Below, piece by piece: positions 61,119-63,965 of a stretch of 63,965 nt of DNA (the first letter of the stretch is position 1; each line of letters starts with the position of its first letter). This stretch comes from a virus. The DNA lies in the IMG/VR virus record IMGVR_UViG_3300045988_132111. One strand, written 5' to 3'. Below the pieces are notes generated by a model that was not told where the DNA came from, searched no databases, and saw nothing but the letters and a program-made list of their open reading frames with translations. Both the position numbers and the translations under genes were made by a program.

Positions 61119-61427
61119 TCAATTATTAATCAGAAAATCTTGCAGAACATCTCTTGTCTCTTTCATTTTCTCGATTCCGTTACCGGTTATCGCATGATTG
61201 ATGAGATCTAGCATACATCTGAGAATCAACTGGTTTGATTCCTCGATTTTATGTATACGCTTATTATCGTTATCCAGGAGCCGTTCGTGTTTTTCCACCT
61301 TATCTCTCAAATCATCAGATGGCTTACGAAGTTCTTTGATAATTTTGTAGACTCCCCAAACAGCCGCGACAAATCCGCAGAGGTAGATGATCTGCTCTGA
61401 TGTGATTAGAAAACCTGCTTCCGGCAT
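61119..61427 (-). CDS. holin-associated protein (N-terminal TM plus coiled coil, BhlA/UviB-like architecture)
   Basis: IIYLCGFVAAVWGVYKII is followed by a charged coiled coil. It overlaps the holin stop. Confidence 0.4.
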   Translation of the reverse strand: MPEAGFLITSEQIIYLCGFVAAVWGVYKIIKELRKPSDDLRDKVEKHERLLDNDNKRIHKIEESNQLILRCMLDLINHAITGNGIEKMKETRDVLQDFLINN

Positions 61428-61729
61428 TATTTGTCCCCCTCAATTGTATCTGTGCTTCTCTTACCTTCCACAAATGCCTTGAACGCCTGATGCGCACCTG
61501 TAGACGCCAATCCCATAAAAGCTCCCCACACAACCGTTTCCACAGACGGTCCTGATACTACTGCGTTAAGAATGCCTCCGAATACAGCAAGAATGGCTGG
61601 AATATCATCATTTGGCACTTTTTTGAAAATGGTTGTGTTCTTGATAATATATCCCACGATTAATGAAGCCGCAAAGATCACCACTACAAAATGATCGGTT
61701 AATAATGAAGTTAAAGTTGAAATATCCAT
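61427..61729 (-). CDS. holin
   Basis: 100 aa with three hydrophobic segments and a charged C-terminus (EGKRSTDTIEGDK). It lies downstream of the tail fibre. Confidence 0.6.
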   Translation of the reverse strand: MDISTLTSLLTDHFVVVIFAASLIVGYIIKNTTIFKKVPNDDIPAILAVFGGILNAVVSGPSVETVVWGAFMGLASTGAHQAFKAFVEGKRSTDTIEGDK

Positions 61730-61732
61730 GTT

Positions 61733-61987
61733 TTAGTCCTCCTTTGCTGTTGCCACTTTAGAAATTATTTCATCCTGGATACTGTAAGCAAGTTCCTCAA
61801 ATTCGTCTCTGTCTTTGCGACACTGGGCTCGATTCGCCTTGCGCATCTCATGGTTTACAGTAGACTGGTTGATATACATGCTCTCTGGATTTGTTTCACT
61901 TACAGACGCATTGTATGTTTCTACTGTTATTCCATTTATTATAGACTGACCTGATAAACTAATACTTCTTGATGTTGTTAATGCCAT
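61733..61987 (-). CDS. hypothetical protein
   Basis: 84-aa ORF between the fibre and the holin. Confidence 0.5.
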   Translation of the reverse strand: MALTTSRSISLSGQSIINGITVETYNASVSETNPESMYINQSTVNHEMRKANRAQCRKDRDEFEELAYSIQDEIISKVATAKED

Positions 61988-62000
61988 AATGTTAATCCTC

Positions 62001-63965
62001 CTAGTTTAAGTTAAGTTTTCTTTTGAGTTTTTCGTTTTCTTTTTCTAATTCACTTACTCTTTGATTGAGTTCTTGCATTGACTTCACAACATATGCGAGC
62101 ATCTGCAAGTTGTTGACAGATTTATAATATGGGTGTCCATCAACTTCTCCGCCACCATCGACAAGGTTAGGATCAAGCTGTTCGAGTTCGTCTGCTATAA
62201 AGCCAATCTTGTATTTCTTATGAGAATCTTTTCGCTCGAAAGAATGAATTTTCATTGATTCTATAACTTTGGTGGCATTTTCTACTTCAGTGTCTCTTAT
62301 GTTACCTTTTAGTCGAATGTCGGAAAGAGCTGTGCTACATACCCTTCCGAGACTAAACCATTTCCACGATCCATCAAGTCTGGTTTGAATCCATATTGAT
62401 CCAGCGTACGAATCTCCGTGGTAAATAAAAGCTCTATTTCCAGCCACTTGAGCGCCAAGATAAATCCCTACAGCAGTCTTCGAACCTGAACCTCCCACAT
62501 TGAACCCAACGTAAATGTTTCCGAAATTTCCGTCAATTGCCAGTGGGATTATTCTATTGTTGGCGTCAAAAAAGCCAAAGAAGTTTTCATCGCCTGTACC
62601 CGTTGCCGCACCAAAGCGCCAATCTACTGATCCTCTATTGGACTGATATTCGAAGGTTGTATTTATTATGTTATTACTCTGAATATAACCGCCAATGAAC
62701 ATGTTACCATTGGTTGTTATACCTTTTCCGTTATATGCCCGAATCCAATCGGCATCCGTCATATACCAGCCACCACCATAATCCTCGCTATACCATCCTG
62801 TAGTACCGCGCGATCTAAACCAATTAGATGCATATATGGTATTAGTATTCATGTCTACAGTCGCAGTTATTGTTTTTCCCTGAACTTTGCCAGTAGTTGT
62901 AATGTCGCCGCTGTATAGATTCAGACTACCATACATAGTGATTGTTTTATCAAAGAACTCGAATCCAGCCCCACTTTGTGCACCGGCAGCATTGAGTAAT
63001 TTTCCAACTCGTACAGAAGTTCCATCGTAATAAAGAACCCTTTCGACATCATCAGTGTTTTTACATGACAACGAGATTTCTTTTGTAGCGATGATTCTTT
63101 TAGCAACAACGTCTGCACTCGTTAATGTCAAACCGCTAATAGTTCCTGTTGCCGTAATGTTTTGCGCAAATAAATCGGCAACATCAATCTTGGCGGCTGT
63201 AACAGACAATGCAGCTATTTTCTCTGAGGTTACAGCAGCGGCTCCTATTTTGTCAGCAGTAACTGAATCAGCTGCAAGCTGAGTTGCTGTAACAGTTCCG
63301 GCATATAATCGTCCTCCGTTGATATAGGTACGATCATTGTTGTAACACCAGTTGGCTATTCCCATGTCAGCAGAACTTGCAAGGGAATAGGCATCGTTCC
63401 AATTACCCCATGTCGTATTATTAATGCCGACTCGCCACAACTCACGATTCTCTATCTTTGCCGTCTGTTTAGGATATCCTCCAGAACTATCTTTCCATGG
63501 AACATATGTTGTTAATAAACAATAACTTTCACCAGATAGACCAAGTGAACTAGCCAATTTTAGCTCATTCACTGTTGTCATCGGATAATTCTGTATATAC
63601 CAGATTGGAGATTGGTTGGTGTTTCTGGTATCTTTAACATCAAGACCATCCCCCTTTGGACCTTGAACACCCTTAACACCCTGAACGCCCTGAGGACCTT
63701 GTGGACCGGTTGCTCCCTTTTCACCCTTAACGCCCTGAGGACCTTGCAGACCTTGTGGACCGGTTGCTCCCTTTTCACCCTTAACGCCCTGAGGACCTTG
63801 CAGACCTTGTGGACCGGTTGCTCCCTTTTCACCCTTAACGCCCTGAGGACCTTGCAGACCTTGTGGACCGGTTGCTCCCTTTTCACCCTTAACGCCCTGA
63901 GGACCTTGTGGACCTTGTGGACCGGTTGCTCCCTTTTCACCCTTAACGCCCTGAGGACCTTGTGG
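62001..63965 (-). CDS. tail fibre protein, C-terminal part: collagen-like region, receptor-binding region and S74 intramolecular-chaperone domain
   Basis: The Gly-X-Y frame from 63931 reads without a stop through ..[27 protein letters not shown] into the track ORF 62001..63581 (MTTVNELK..). The C-terminus is [45 protein letters not shown]. With 1..1588 the protein totals 1172 aa. Confidence 0.8.
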   Translation of the reverse strand, partial: PQGPQGVKGEKGATGPQGPQGPQGVKGEKGATGPQGLQGPQGVKGEKGATGPQGLQGPQGVKGEKGATGPQGLQGPQGVKGEKGATGPQGPQGVQGVKGVQGPKGDGLDVKDTRNTNQSPIWYIQNYPMTTVNELKLASSLGLSGESYCLLTTYVPWKDSSGGYPKQTAKIENRELWRVGINNTTWGNWNDAYSLASSADMGIANWCYNNDRTYINGGRLYAGTVTATQLAADSVTADKIGAAAVTSEKIAALSVTAAKIDVADLFAQNITATGTISGLTLTSADVVAKRIIATKEISLSCKNTDDVERVLYYDGTSVRVGKLLNAAGAQSGAGFEFFDKTITMYGSLNLYSGDITTTGKVQGKTITATVDMNTNTIYASNWFRSRGTTGWYSEDYGGGWYMTDADWIRAYNGKGITTNGNMFIGGYIQSNNIINTTFEYQSNRGSVDWRFGAATGTGDENFFGFFDANNRIIPLAIDGNFGNIYVGFNVGGSGSKTAVGIYLGAQVAGNRAFIYHGDSYAGSIWIQTRLDGSWKWFSLGRVCSTALSDIRLKGNIRDTEVENATKVIESMKIHSFERKDSHKKYKIGFIADELEQLDPNLVDGGGEVDGHPYYKSVNNLQMLAYVVKSMQELNQRVSELEKENEKLKRKLNLN
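63645..63965 (-). repeat. collagen-like Gly-X-Y run built from near-identical 54-nt tandem units
   Basis: The unit encodes GATGPQG(L/P)[10 protein letters not shown]. Full units lie at 63716-63769, 63770-63823, 63824-63877 and 63878-63931, plus 1-54. In total there are 40 Gly-X-Y triplets (63645..63931 plus 1..73). Confidence 0.9.

Noticed and set aside
63578-63940. Track ORF of 120 aa ([19 protein letters not shown]...) with a striking 18-aa repeat.
   Set aside because: It is an alternative frame of the 54-nt collagen-like tandem repeat. The Gly-X-Y frame is the one that connects without stops to the flanking tail-fibre sequence on both sides.
63645-63965. Possible diversity-generating retroelement target or template repeat.
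   Set aside because: No reverse transcriptase ORF occurs anywhere in the genome. The repeats are tandem and in frame, and the differences are not adenine-specific.

Overview
The window is a complete, circularly closed genome of a temperate siphovirus-like dsDNA phage. The first 34 nt are identical to the last 34 nt, leaving about 63,931 bp of unique sequence. Host signals point to a low-GC Gram-positive bacterium: AGGAGG-type RBSs, an amidase_3+SH3 lysin and a lipobox lipoprotein. All genes except two (57345..57807) lie on the minus strand.

Modules in transcription order (descending coordinates):
- Integrase, Xis-like gene and attP: 60.7-59.1 kb.
- A sigma/ArpU-like regulator: 58.6-58.2 kb.
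- Single-gene accessory units, each bracketed by a hairpin terminator and a conserved promoter-like box: 58-53 kb.
- Replication and accessory block: 53-26 kb. It holds a five-member paralog family, a 1403-aa SF3 helicase + AEP primase + family-B polymerase fusion, a gp2.5-like SSB candidate, RadC, an SF2 helicase, a MazG-like gene, many small zinc-ribbon proteins, an RHH/HTH pair with a palindrome array, two nucleases, one tRNA and one tRNA-like gene.
- A 970-aa ORF with an ADFDGD motif: 26.4-23.5 kb.
- The late operon: 23 kb down to nt 1, then 63.9-61.1 kb. Order is TerS, HNH, connector, TerL, portal, protease-capsid fusion, tail genes, an amidase and a DUF2829/Tad2-like gene inserted before a 2341-aa tape measure, distal tail proteins, an 1172-aa collagen-like tail fibre that crosses the contig junction, and holin.

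Most interesting observations:
- The 970-aa ORF looks like a YonO/RdRP-type single-subunit two-barrel RNA polymerase flanked by HTH modules.
- At least 17 copies of a non-sigma70-spaced box (TTCGCG-N16-TTATGA on the coding strand) punctuate the early region.
- A promoter-driven tRNA-like gene has a truncated anticodon arm.
- The lysis cassette is split, with a Tad2-like gene inside the tail module.

All family assignments come from motif recognition by eye and memory. No searches were run.
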